The position numbers and the translations under genes are program-made. A stretch of DNA of 16,568 nucleotides. Source: Acidobacteriota bacterium. Lineage in GTDB: Bacteria; Acidobacteriota; UBA6911; JACQSX01. Shown piece by piece: positions 16,507 to 16,568 of this stretch (position 1 is its first letter; every line of letters starts with the position of its first letter). The notes under the pieces were generated by a model. It did no database searches. It saw nothing but the letters and a program-made list of their open reading frames with translations, and was not told the DNA's origin. Location: assembly GCA_036507075.1 (NCBI GenBank), contig DASXQR010000079.1:1-16568 (forward strand), written 5' to 3'.

Positions 16507-16555
16507 GGTTTGCGCGTTGCGGGTTTGCGCATTGCGCGTTGGGAAGTCGAAAGTC
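16507..16555. repeat. Degenerate TTGCGCG-type array plus GAAGTCGAAAGTC; probably one arm of another element cut by the window edge
   Basis: GGTTTGCGCGTTGCGGGTTTGCGCATTGCGCGTT. GAAGTCGAAAGTC at 16543-16555 is identical to 5072-5084. Confidence 0.55.
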
Positions 16556-16568
16556 CCACCAGCCTGGC

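Noticed and set aside
1..16568. CRISPR array interpretation of the repeats
   Set aside because: There are no 23-47-nt direct repeats separated by unique spacers of regular length, and no cas genes.

Overview
This is a bacterial core-genome region of moderately high GC. Gene content suggests Acidobacteriota, which is an inference. The + strand carries tRNA-Val(GAC), thrS, infC (ATT start), rpmI, rplT, pheS, pheT, zapB-like, zapA, 6S RNA (ssrS), rny and a YmdB/TIGR00282 metallophosphoesterase. These are followed by uvrA (-), an IPT/TIG-like + beta-propeller protein (+) and a geranylgeranyl-reductase-family flavoprotein (-). The genes are ordinary but the intergenic DNA is not. Most sizeable spacers hold an element built from short tandem repeats (6-9 nt units, mostly a different unit at each site), usually arranged as two inverted arms. 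Some are nested, and one lies next to a REP-doublet-like palindrome. They look like a diverse family of non-autonomous, hairpin-forming 'inverted microsatellite' insertions, and they are the most notable feature of the window. Lesser points are two probable leaderless mRNAs, a ThrRS lacking its TGS domain and a PheT lacking its B2 domain.
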